From Octopus vulgaris (lineage: Eukaryota): a stretch of DNA of 64,000 bases. The stretch lies in the NCBI GenBank assembly GCA_951406725.2, contig OX597818.1:95604001-95668000 (forward strand), written 5' to 3'. The notes under the pieces are model-generated. The model was not told the origin of the DNA and made no database searches. It worked only from the letters and a program-made list of their open reading frames with translations. Made by a program: the position numbers and the translations under genes. This document shows positions 39,222-52,000 of this stretch, piece by piece (positions within the stretch are counted from its first letter, which is position 1; each line of letters begins with the position of its first letter).

Positions 39222-42061
39222 CATATGTACACAGACATATACACACATATACATACACACATACACATGTACATGCACACATACATACACACACATATAC
39301 ACATACACTCACACACACACACACACGAAGCCTGGTTCAGCCTTCTGGCTTGCCAGACCTCAGTCAAACCATCCAACCCATACCAGCATGGAAAGCGGAT
39401 GTTAAATGACAATGATGACCATGATGATGATATAGTTGAAAGAGTCCATACAAATCAAAAAATATGGTTAAAAATGTAAATAAATTTGGAAAAAGCACAA
39501 AAGTATATTTTAGAGACAGTTTAATATTTTTGTTACAGCAAGTGATTTAAAATATAACTGGTTTCGATGTGCTTATCTTATCAAATATTAAAAAGACTTT
39601 TTTAGGAAGTCAAAAAGAAAAAAAATTAGGGGTTAACAGTTTGTACCATAAAATCATTAAATATACAAGAGATAGATCTTGCTCTGGACAGGTTACTAGG
39701 AGAAACTGAATCCCATATTACAAGCTTACAAATCACTTGTATCTGCTGCTGCTGTTTCCTACAGGAATGGTTTATACTAGCCAACAGTATCTATTTATGA
39801 CTATGACAACCCTGTAGGAGATACTTAGAGCTAGGTCAAGTGAACTTTTCAGAGCTTAATGCCTTGACAACAGACACAAGCTGATGGCAACAAGCTATCA
39901 TTATTGTGTTTGTATTCAGTTACCAATACAGTTTATCATTTATTCCAGTATGCCATCAACTCAACCATCTAAACTCAGTGCAATAATAAAAGCTTTGTTC
40001 AGCTTCAGTTTAACATCCACTTTCCCATGATAGCATGGGTCAGTAGGAATTCATTGAAGCTAATTTTCTATTGTCTGGTGCTGTTCCTGTTGCTAACTAA
40101 ACCAGTTTGCAAGCAAGATAATATTTCACCATTACCAGACACGTTTCCACATAAGGTTGGATGCAAATAACACCACTTGTGTGGTGGTGATGCTCACTTA
40201 CAATTAACATGTGATGTTAAGAGAAGGACACATTAACTCTGACACACACACACACATATACAATGAGCTTCTTTTAGTTTCCTTCTACCAAATCTACTCA
40301 CTCACAAGGCATTGGTTGGCCTGGGGGGTGGATATAATAGAAGACATTTGTTCAAAGTGCCATACAGTGGGACTGAACACAAAATCACACAGTTGGGAAG
40401 CAAGCTTCTCAACTACACAGTCATAACCCACGCCTATATTTATAAAATAACCAAGCATTTACCGTTATTTCCTCAGGTTTTTCTTGGACTGTATTATGTT
40501 GAAAAAAAAAGGGTTCAGATTTTGATAAGGCACTTGATTTCTCCAGGCCCCCACTTGGTTGAATGGTTGGTTCTGATTTAGTTAAAACACTCGATTTTCC
40601 TTGGACGGCACTTGCTTTTGGGGTGATGTTAAATTCAAAACTTTCATCAGACTTCGATTTTTCAACTTTCCCAGGGGTTTCTGTCTTAAGTGGAAGAACA
40701 TCTTTAAGAGTCAAACTTGGTTTAGCTGGGTGAGAGATCTCGGTTTTGAGCGATTCATTTAATTCAGTATCAGTTGTGGACTTCTTAATTCCTAACCAGT
40801 CATCATCATCATCATCATCATCTAAAACAATTTCTTTACTCTTCTTTTCTTCTACTGTTGGTTTCGTTGTCTTCTTTGTTTCATGAGATGTGGAAGATTT
40901 TACTGAGCTCTTTTCTTTACTTATTCCCATTAACCAATCAAAGGTATCATCATCATCATCGTTAATATCATCCAGAGATGTCTTTAGAAAGGACCCTCTT
41001 CGTTTAGATGAATTATCTGACAACAGGGAAGATTTACTTTCACTTTTATCAAGCACTCTATCAATGAGACAAAGAAAATTGGAAATATAACAACAACATA
41101 AACAATAATTGCTTCTAACATAGGTACAAGGCCTAAAATGTGGATCTTGTTGGAGTGTGGGGTAGATAGCTGATTACATTGATCCCAGTAACTAACTAGT
41201 ACTTACCCTGGAGGGATGAAAGGCAAAGTTGATCCCAGCTGAATTTGAATTCAGAACCTAAAGTACTGGTACAAATGCTGCAAGATATTTTTTCTTGTAC
41301 TCTAATGATTCTGCTGGCCCACCATCTTAACAACAAAGATGGCTTTCAATAGTACTGGTGCTACATAAAGCACTCTGTACGAAAAGTGATTGGTAATCAA
41401 TTCAAGCTGTGACAATAAAGAGCCTGAGAAGGCTCTTTAGGCTTACTGATGGCAAGGTGACCTCTATAGTGTTGGTACCAAGAAAAAAATGTACCTGATA
41501 CATTCTGTAAAATGGTTGGTGTTAGGAAGGGGATCCAGCCTTAGAAACCATGCAAAAAAAACAAAAAACATTTGAGCAAGATGTGGATCTCCAATCCATT
41601 GAGTCTTGTTAAACCATCCTACCTATGCCAAAATGGGAATTTTAAGGAAAATAACTGCAATGAATAGGTGTTTTGTCTATGGGAAGATTTATGTTTCATC
41701 CGTCAATTACCATAGAATCAGAGCTAAGAAATGGCTCTGAAAGGTCCTTTGGACTTCATCTACAAAGATACTTTCATTTCATTGCACAACTGCAAGGCTT
41801 GTAGTGCAAGATGTTTTATAAAGGTCATGATGATAAGATGAAAGTGATAACGAAAGTAGTAATAATGATGATGACAAGTACTACATAATCCAGTGTGACT
41901 TTTTGTTTCATTTTTTAAGATAGTATTGTTTGGATCAATGTGGCTGCTATTTCTAGTTTGGTTAATTTAAGATGTAGAGGCTACATCATGGGCTCAAGTG
42001 ATGTTGCTGTTATTGATAACAATGACAATGGTGGTAATGATAATGATGAAAGTTGTGTCAT

Positions 42062-42092
<31 letters not shown>

Positions 42093-45000
42093 AGAGAGAG
42101 AGCAGAGCAATCAATGTGGCTCACCTTCCGCTCCTTGTAGTTGATAATGAGGATGATGATGCAGCGACAGAAGGTACATATGAGCCAAAAACGGCGTCTT
42201 CTTCCTTGTTCTTTCCCTGCTCTGATGCTGGCAGTAATAATGAGAGAACATTAATATAATAGGCCAGCCTTAATGAGAAAACATTAATATTATTGCAGTG
42301 TTGGAAGGTGTTTATAAGCCGTTTAAGAAAAACACAAAATCCGTTAGATTCACTTCAACATTTAATTTGTCAAAATATTTTTGTCGCTTTGAGACCACAA
42401 CCTGTTCATTGAGAAAATTCTGTGATGCAGCATGGAATTTTCTCAGTGAACAGGTCGTGATCTCAAAGCGATGGAAATATTTTGACAAATTAAATTTAAA
42501 TGTTGAAGTGAACCTAACGGATTTTGTGTTTTTCTTAAATGGCTTATAAACACCTTCCACACTGCAATTGTTTTCATTCCAGCACACGATCTCAGATCAG
42601 GTCACTTGCTATGCAAGTACATCTCTGTAATTAATATTATTATTATTTTAATATTGTTAAGGCAGCAAACTAGCAGTCGTTTCCATTGTGTATAAGTGAC
42701 TTAGATCACTGTATTCCCCTGAATAGGACACCAGTCTGTCACAGGGTTATTCATTTACAGTTGAGTGGACTGGAAACAAAGTGTTTTACACTAGTACATA
42801 ACACACCACCCAGTCCAGGAATCAAAACCATGATCTTGTTTGCGATCCTGAATGCAACACCCTAACCACTGGGCTATGTGCCTTCACCAAGATGTAAGGA
42901 GGTGAAACAAATACTGCAAAGTATTTTGATCAACATTCTAATGAATTTGAACAACAACAATATCCCACCCCTATCTCACTATCCTCTTATCAGTAAGGTT
43001 GATAAGAAATCTAAGCAATAGCAATTAACTGCTAATAAAGCATTGATTACTGTTGTTCAAGCTAGCAGAATAAAAGATAATTATACACAAACTTACAATT
43101 AGTAACATGTTTACCCTTCAAAAGATCATCAACCAGGGATTTTTTGTCTTTAGAACCGCCAAAAGTTTCAGTTGGGGAAGATCTTCCAAAAAGATAATCA
43201 AGATTAGATTTTGAAGATTGAGTATTTTCTTGTGGACTGTCATTTAGACCAAGCTCATCAAATATATCATCTTCATTGTTAAATGTCACAGCCTTTTTGG
43301 TAGCAGGTCCTGGAAAAGTTAAAAAAAAAAAAAATGTTTACTGGATATTTCAATTATTGTTGCATGAACTGAATTAGTTGAATACTAACCAAATACTTGT
43401 TGGTATAAAATACACTCGAAAATTAGTAACCCTTGTAGTGTATTCCCTTGATTTTAGGGGCTGAGCTCCAGCTTTTGCTGTTAATACTGTTGATCCAACT
43501 GGATCAGTTGTCAAATTTATTAATTTTCAGAGATTGTTTGAGAAGTTGTGGATTCTACCGTACTATGGTACACAAAGACAGTTAAAATTTCAGTACATCA
43601 GATGTAATCTACTTAAGTATATTTCTAAATATCTAAGACAAAAATACAAAACTAAAGTCATCTGCATACAGTATCTCCATTAATAGTACCTCTCTTGCAC
43701 TCTCCGTCACCACATCAACCACTATTGCACACAATAATGGTGACAACACAGATCCCTGATGCACACCAACCTTCACCGCAAACTCCTCCGACTGCTCTGA
43801 TCCAATTGTCACTCTTGTCTTTACCCCCTCATACAAACTCATCACTGCTCTCACTATTACCTCTAGTACACCTCTCTTCCTCAATGCCCACTCAATCACC
43901 TCCCTTGGAACCCTATCAAATGCCTTCTCCAGATGAACGAAGTACATGTACAACTCCTTCCCCTTATCTCGGTATTCCTCCTGCAATCTCCTTGCAATGA
44001 ACACTGCATCTATTGTCCCCCTGCCTGGCATAAAACGAAATTGCATCTCATCCACATCCACCCCTTTCTGAATTCTCTTCTCCAACACCCCTTCCACTAT
44101 CTTCATTGCATGCTCCAATAACTTCACTCCTCTATATGCCCCACAACTCATTGCATCCCCCTTCCCATTGAAGATCGGTACCACCACACTTAGTGCCCAA
44201 TCATCTGGCATTTCTCTTCCATCAAGCATGCCCTGTCAGAACTCCATCATCACAACAATCCCTATCTCTCCACTTGCAGTTATCATTTCCACACTTACTT
44301 CTGATGGACCAGCTGCCTCTCCTGTTTTCATTTCCTTCATTGCCTCCACTACTTCTTCCTGACTAACCCTCTCCACTGGCACCCTTTACCACAGTAACTT
44401 CCATCCTCTGATCCCATTCATACTCCTCATTCATAAATCCCTACATATGTTCCTTCCAAACTCTTCCCCTGTCCTTCTCACTAAAATTCAACCTTCCATC
44501 ATTCCCACTCACACATCTTCCTCCCTCAACATCTCTTCCATCATTTTTCATTGATTTAATAAACCTAAACACCCTATCTGGGTTCTCATTAAGCCTGCAC
44601 AACCTCTCCTAAGCCTCTTTCCTCATAGATCTCACAACCACCCTCTTTGCATGATTTGCTCAGTCCTATAATTACATAAAGCTTTGTGTGCCTCCTTTTT
44701 CCTCGCTATTGCATCCCTCACCTCCTCATTCCACCACCACATATTTCTTTGATCTCTCCTACCCTTTGTCCTTCCACACATTTCATCACATACCTTTAGT
44801 ACCCCTTCTTTAAAAGACTTCCACAAAGCCGGTGCATCAATGCTTACCAACTCCCCAACTCTCTCCTCAAACCTTGCTCTTGTTTCTTCTTCCTTCAGTT
44901 TCCACACCTTTCCCCTCTCAACCATTCCCTTTCTCACACGTTTTTTAACTTTCCTTTTATTCAAGTCAGCAACCACCAACCTGTGCTCCAACTCCCTTGG

Positions 45001-45799
45001 TATTGCCTTCATATCTCTCAGATATTTTCTTTTTTGTCTGCCAACCGACACGAAATCAATCTCTATTTCATCCCCTCCTGTGCTGAAAGTCACCTTCCTT
45101 TTCTGTTTTCCTAAACCATGTATTTGCCACACACAACTCTTTCTCATCACAAAACTCCAACAGGATCCTTCCTTCCATATTTCTCTCCCCAATTCCATTT
45201 TCCCCATGTACAGTCTCAAAGCCCTGGATCCATTTCCCAACATGTCCATTAAAATCACCCATGCCCCAAACCAATTCATCTACCTTTTAAGTCCCACTCA
45301 TTCGCCATTTCATCAAAGAACTGCTCTTTCTCAGTGATCCCTCTTCCATTTTCTGTGGACCATACCCACAAATTACCCTTACCACTTCTTCCTCAAATGC
45401 TAACGCTACTGTTGTGACTCTGTCACTCTTTCTCCTTACCTCCACCACCTTCTCACAGATTTCTTCCTTCACTAAAACTCCCACACCTCCAGTTCCCCTG
45501 CTATTTCCTGACCACAATGCAGTTTATATTTCTTGCTTAGGGTTCTACTAGCTGTTATAATAAAATAGCGAGATCATTACCTCGCATGGAAACAGGTGTG
45601 GCCTGCCACCAGGAAGGGTATCCTGGACATAGAAACCTGTCCCAACAGGCGTGTCTGTGTGGTTAAGAAGTTTTCTTCCCACACAGTTTCTGGTTCAGTT
45701 CCACTATTTGGCACTATGGGTGAGAGTCTTCTACTATAGCCTAGGGCTGACAAAAGCCTTGTGAGTAGATTTGGTAGATGGAAGCTGAAGGAAGCCCTT

Positions 45800-45842
<43 letters not shown>

Positions 45843-46055
45843 GTGTCATGCATGAGCACTGCCTTTTTGCTCAAAATGAAAAAAGAAATATGCACATAAA
45901 TGCAGATATTCAAACTCACACATGCAAGCGCCTGAACACAAACATGAAAGACAATAGAGAAAACTCCATCATTTTCCCCTTAGATTGTTAGAGACTTAAA
46001 ATATATTTACTTTACCTTTAGTTTCTTTCACTTTCGATATACTGGGAGTATTTGA

Positions 46056-46086
<31 letters not shown>

Positions 46087-49000
46087 TGTATGTATGTATG
46101 TATGTATGTATGTATGTATGTATGTATGTATGTATGTATGTACAACAAAGATAAATGTATGTATGTTTAGGGTTAAGCTGAGTATCAACTTTTATAGACT
46201 TAGAAAATGAAGGACCACTATGTATGTAGTGTATGTATGTATGTATGTATGTATGTATGTATGTATGTATGTATGTATGTATGTATGTATGTATGTATGT
46301 ATGTATGTATGTATGTATGTATGTATGTATGTATGTATGTATGTATGTATGTATGTATGTATGTATGTATGTATGTATGTATGTATGTATGTATGTATGT
46401 ATGTATGTATGTATGTATGTATGTATGTATGTATGTATGTATGTATGTATGTATGTATGTATGTATGTATGTATGTATGTATGTATGTATGTATGTATGT
46501 ATGTATGTATGTATGTATGTATGTATGTATGTATGTATGTATGTATGTATGTATGTATGTATGTATGTATGTATGTATGTATGTATGTATGTATGTATGT
46601 ATGTATGTATGTATGTATGTATGTATGTATGTATGTATGTATGTATGTATGTATGTATGTATGTATGTATGTATGTATGTATGTATGTATGTATGTATGT
46701 ATGTATGTATGTATGTATGTATGTATGTATGTATGTATGTATGTATGTATGTATGTATGTATGTATGTATGTATGTATGTATGTATGTATGTATGTATGT
46801 ATGTATGTATGTATGTATGTATGTATGTATGTATGTATGTATGTATGTATGTATGTATGTATGTATGTATGTATGTATGTATGTATGTATGTATGTATGT
46901 ATGTATGTATGTATGTATGTATGTATGTATGTATGTATGTATGTATGTATGTATGTATGTATGTATGTATGTATGTATGTATGTATGTATGTATGTATGT
47001 ATGTATGTATGTATGTATGTATGTATGTATGTATGTATGTATGTAGTGGTTGTATGTATAGCAATAACACTGTCCCAGACGTGGGGTTAGTACTGCAATG
47101 TGGGTCAACTCATGCTTTGTTGAAGATCACCATCCCCATTTTCCTGATTTGGCCCCATCTGACAATGATCTGTTCCCAACATGAAAAAACACTTAGCTGG
47201 GAACCATTATCATAGTGATAATGACATCATATCTGTTGTTGATAACTTTTTTGAGCAACAGGATGAAAGCTTCTTCACCAATGTGATCCAAGCACTGCAG
47301 CACCAATGGAAGTGTGTGGACCACAAAGAGATAATGCTGAAAAATAAATTTCATTTGGTCATATTCTATGAGAGTATCTTGGCCTGCCTATGAGCTTTTC
47401 ATATATTTATTTTCTTTTATTGAGTTGATCTTTCAGCATAAATGATTAGTAACATTATGCTTAGTAAATACACTGGACTTGTTGAGCCTGAATGTCAGTG
47501 AAAATAGTGCCTGTCTAATTAGGCAATAAACATATAAGTTTGCTCAATGAATTAAAAATCATTTACTTCTTCATGGACGTGATGAGACTGAGACATCTGG
47601 TGATTTGCTGTACTTGAGAAGACATGACAAGTGATATCATGGTTGTGGCCAGTGATAGTGTAATTGAAGGAATCTAATTTGTGGTGTTAGGAAAAAAACT
47701 TATACCGTTTCCATATACACACTCACACGTGTACACATGTGCAAAAAAATGATAAAAAAGAAAACAACTTCGAAAGTGATTTACATTTTGATTCTTGATT
47801 CTTCAATGTTGAAGCTGTTTTTGGTGGTTCATCATTTGTCTGTTGTGTTGCTTCTTGATCTTGGCTCCCATCTCTGCTAGGAGGATGGTGGGACTCTGAA
47901 GTACCTGCTGAACTTGATTTCTGTGGTGCCTTGCTGTCAGAGTCTTTCTTCCGCCCACCAAATAGATCTGCATCCATGTCATCCAAATCCTACAATAAAT
48001 AAATAACCATCTTGAAAACAACTTTGTTTTACCTTATTACAAAGACCTAGAATCTGTAATGTTCAGGGTTAGATAGCTACAAGGCTAAGAGACTTGATAC
48101 TTTCGTTTGATACTAACTGTTTGTATAATGGATTGGAAAACTTTGTGGTTAAGGAGTTGAATAGCTCTAAAGCTAAGGCATTTGAGGGGTTGGGCAACTG
48201 TACTATTTCAGTTTCATGGTTGAGTGTTGTTAGGTGGCTATCCATCCCTAAAACTGTTCCAATAATTCATGAAAATGAGCAAATTTGTGATGAAAAAGAT
48301 AGACATAAAAAAATTTATGCATTTGTCTCCATCATTTTCCAAAAGTTTAACCAAAACATACTAAGGAAAATAATGTACTTAAGTTAAAAATAACATCTGT
48401 TCTTAGATTTTAACTTCTTACCATTTGGTTTGGCAGTCTAACATTGTAACCTTCAAGCTATATGACCAGACTGATGTAATAGTAATTTTTCTTCTAAATT
48501 TCCAAGAATGAGTGTTAAATGTTTCACTCATCAAAAGCTATCACAACCATAGTAAAGATAAGATGGTAACAGTTATATGTATCAAAGATTCAATATTTTG
48601 ATTTATTACCCCTGTATCAAACCTCTACTTTAGCAGAATTGACTGAGGCTACTCTATAACACTACCAAATTTGGGTATGCGGGTAATTTGAAAATATCTT
48701 ATGGAGTGATGACTGTCCCATGCATAGTAACAGGCAGCCCTTTGGCAAGGTATAGCACCCATTCAGCCACCCTGCCAAGGATATGTCGAAGTCATGGGAC
48801 TGCAGCATAGTGGATTGTGAAGTGGTAGTGGAAAAGCTCAATTGAGCCAATGGTGCTTCTTACATTGATGCTGAGCGAAGAAATCCTAGAAGATTAATGG
48901 TCAGGATCATCAAGCTCTATCAAGAGCTTGAAGCTCTGCAAAGCATTCATGGTTGTGTAATCACTTTGACCCAAGCTTCCAATTCAAATTCATAATGGAA

Positions 49001-52000
49001 TTGGATGGTGACAGACAGTCATAGGAATTGGCAAAAGCAGCGAAAAAAATATAACGGCTTAAATCATACTTCAATTGAAACTTTTGTGTCATACTGAGGC
49101 TACTCAATAACAATACTATCAAAAGGGTTAACAAGGTGGACTTACAGCCAATGACTTAGCCAATTGGTCAGCATCAACATCTGATAAGCTTAAGTCAGAT
49201 TCTTCTTCAGCTACTGCAGCCATGTTTGCATAGAAATCTTCACTGCTAAATGAAAAGGAATTGAAAATATTGTAACAGGATCTGGTATCGGTATCACTGA
49301 AAGGGTGTCGATCCGATCCCGTCACATACAATTTAGTAAGACATAACAGACGAAGTCAGGTTATCGGTGAAAGACAGCAGTTTGTTTATTAATTGCGATG
49401 GTGTACGTATATCTGATGGGAAAACAACAGCCTTCTGATGTACAGCTTCTTGTTCGTTGGTTGAAGTGGTTCGATGTCGTTCGCGGCTAAGTCGGTGAGG
49501 TTATCAGAGTCTACCAAATGCACGTCTGTTCACGTTGGCTGACGGCCAGAGAGAATGAATCGAGTTTGGCGGGCCTTAGGGATCGTTTCCCGCATATGCG
49601 CATGGGGAAGACTTCCGGTGGCCACCCAGAAGTAGTCCCATTCTGCGCATGCGCGCTGAACCCTACACAGTAGCACCACTACAATATAATGCACTGGTGG
49701 GAGTAGAAACACTAGACTGTTATAATGAAGGGAAATAACTAGAAAGAGATTAAAAAAGTAGGAAAAAAAGTAGTGTATGCATGGAGGGAAGCATTCTAAT
49801 TAAGTGTTTATTGTAATGAGTAATATTTTTTGGCTGAATGTCGAAAGTATGTAATGTCAAAAATATCAACTCTAAAGGTAAGAGGGAATAGTAAGTTTAT
49901 ATAAAGTTTAGTCTGAATAAGAGGTGCAGAATCTATAGCTCTTGAGATCCTTCTGGACAGCTGAAGTTGATGCAACTTGTGTTTAGACTGATTTTTGCAG
50001 AGAGTGTATGCAGGAAGGAGATTCCAGAGGAGACTGAAGCTATAGGGAAGAACTTTTGTAGACAAAGAAATAAAAGATGAGATTAAGGTATGAAAGGAAA
50101 ATATTTACGTACCTGATACTTGGCTTAGGTTTATCATTGTCCTATCAAAATATAACATAATTAGAAATAGGGTGATATCTTGGGTGGGTGACAATAGAAG
50201 CTTAGTCAACAACATTAAACAGTACAGAACTTGATTGAGATAACTGGAAACACCACCACCAACTTAAAACTCTAAATTGGTGTCAATCTTTTCTATGTTC
50301 TTTGATGGGTCAAGATGATTCAGAAAAAGATTATCGTCTTGTAATCATTACCCAATACACAATGAATAATATGACCAAAAATGGTAAAGCACCAACATTA
50401 AATTACATGTATAAGTAAAATGATGCTGTCACACAGAGCTGTCTAATTTCATGATTGCTGAACAAGGCGATTATTATATCATTAATGGTGGTGGTGGAGA
50501 TGACAACAACGATAATGAAGATACTGATTATTGCTAACAAGAAAATTGCAAAATCAAAAAATCAAATGGAAATTGTAGTTGTGATACCTGTGCTGGTGGC
50601 ATGTAAAAAGCACCATCTGAACGTGGCTGATGCCAGCGCCGCCTTGACAGGCTTCCGTGCCGGTGGCACGTAAAAAGCACCAACCGATCGTGGCCGTTGC
50701 CAGCTTCCCCTGGTATCTGTGCCGGTGGCACATAAAAAGCACGGAGTGGTTGGCGTTAGGATGGGCATCCAGCTGTAGAAACATTGCCAGATCAGACTGG
50801 AGCCTGGTGCAGCCTCCTGGCTTCCCAGACCCCACGGAAGTTAAACGATAATGATGATGATAAAGAAAATTGTTTTAACTCTGTCACTGTCACAAGTGAC
50901 TAGACAGCATGTGACAGTAAAAAAAAGTAACAAACATTCATTTAAGCCACTCAGTGTTGCTCAGTGCATCCGGATAATGTTCCTTGTCTTTATTAAGGAA
51001 ATGGACAAACGATACTCAGTTTATAACAAGTAATAAGTTTAAATGGTGTTACAGGCATTGTGTGGTAAACTTTTAGACATGACACATTAGTAGACTTGTT
51101 TTGATATACCAAACTGTTAAGTGCTACAGCCAGCGTTATAGCAGAATATGTGTAACTATGAAAAAAAATACATTCAAAAGTCTCAAATTTAAAACTATTT
51201 ATTTTATGTTCATATCATGCTGAGCCAATTGAATTGTCTAGCTGTATTTGCATTGATACTAAAAGCATGGCCCTGCATCAAAAGATTACTAGTCATACTA
51301 CTAACTAGACAGTAACGACCTCTCAGTGTATCTAATGTACAACAGGGAAATAAGAACAAATTAATGTTATTGATGTTACTTACCAAAGGTCTTCTAGCAG
51401 TCTTAGGTCCTGAAAATCAAGAATAATAATAATAATGAAGAGGATGATAATGATGGCGATAATTTCTAACTTTAACACAAGACAACAAATTTAAGGAGTG
51501 GGTCTAGCCAATTTAATGTACTCAAGTATATTCATCAGCATCGGTTTTAATGTCTATGCTTCCATGCTTGCATGGGTCAGAAAAAATTTTTGTGGTTGAT
51601 ATTCTATGGCTGGATGCCCTTGTCACCAAACCCTTACCTGTTTCCAGGCAAGGTAGTGCTTCCCCCATAACTGTACATGTTTTCACAGAAGATTGGAAAT
51701 AAAGGATGCACTTGTATGAGGGGGACACTCATCTACACCTATCATGCAATATCAAGACATGAAGAATCAAACATACTTACACTATATATATATATATATA
51801 TATAATGGACTTCTTTCAGTTTCTGTCTATCAAATCCACCCACAAGGCTTTGGTCAATTAGTTAACTTGGAGTTATAGTATAAGACATTTGTCTAAGATG
51901 CTTTGCAGTGGAATTGAACCTGAAAATGTGGTTGCTAAGTGAACTTCTTAATCACACATCCATGCCAGCACTTTATAAGGTACTTATATAAGCATCTTAT

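Noticed and set aside
38727-39479. 193-aa and neighbouring ORFs at the hAT 5' end
   Set aside because: They start in microsatellite and run through the TIR and GA-rich subterminal DNA, with no protein-like features.
46192-47215. Long ORFs of YIHT / MYVC repeats (279-331 aa)
   Set aside because: These are translations of a stop-free (TATG)n microsatellite, not genes.
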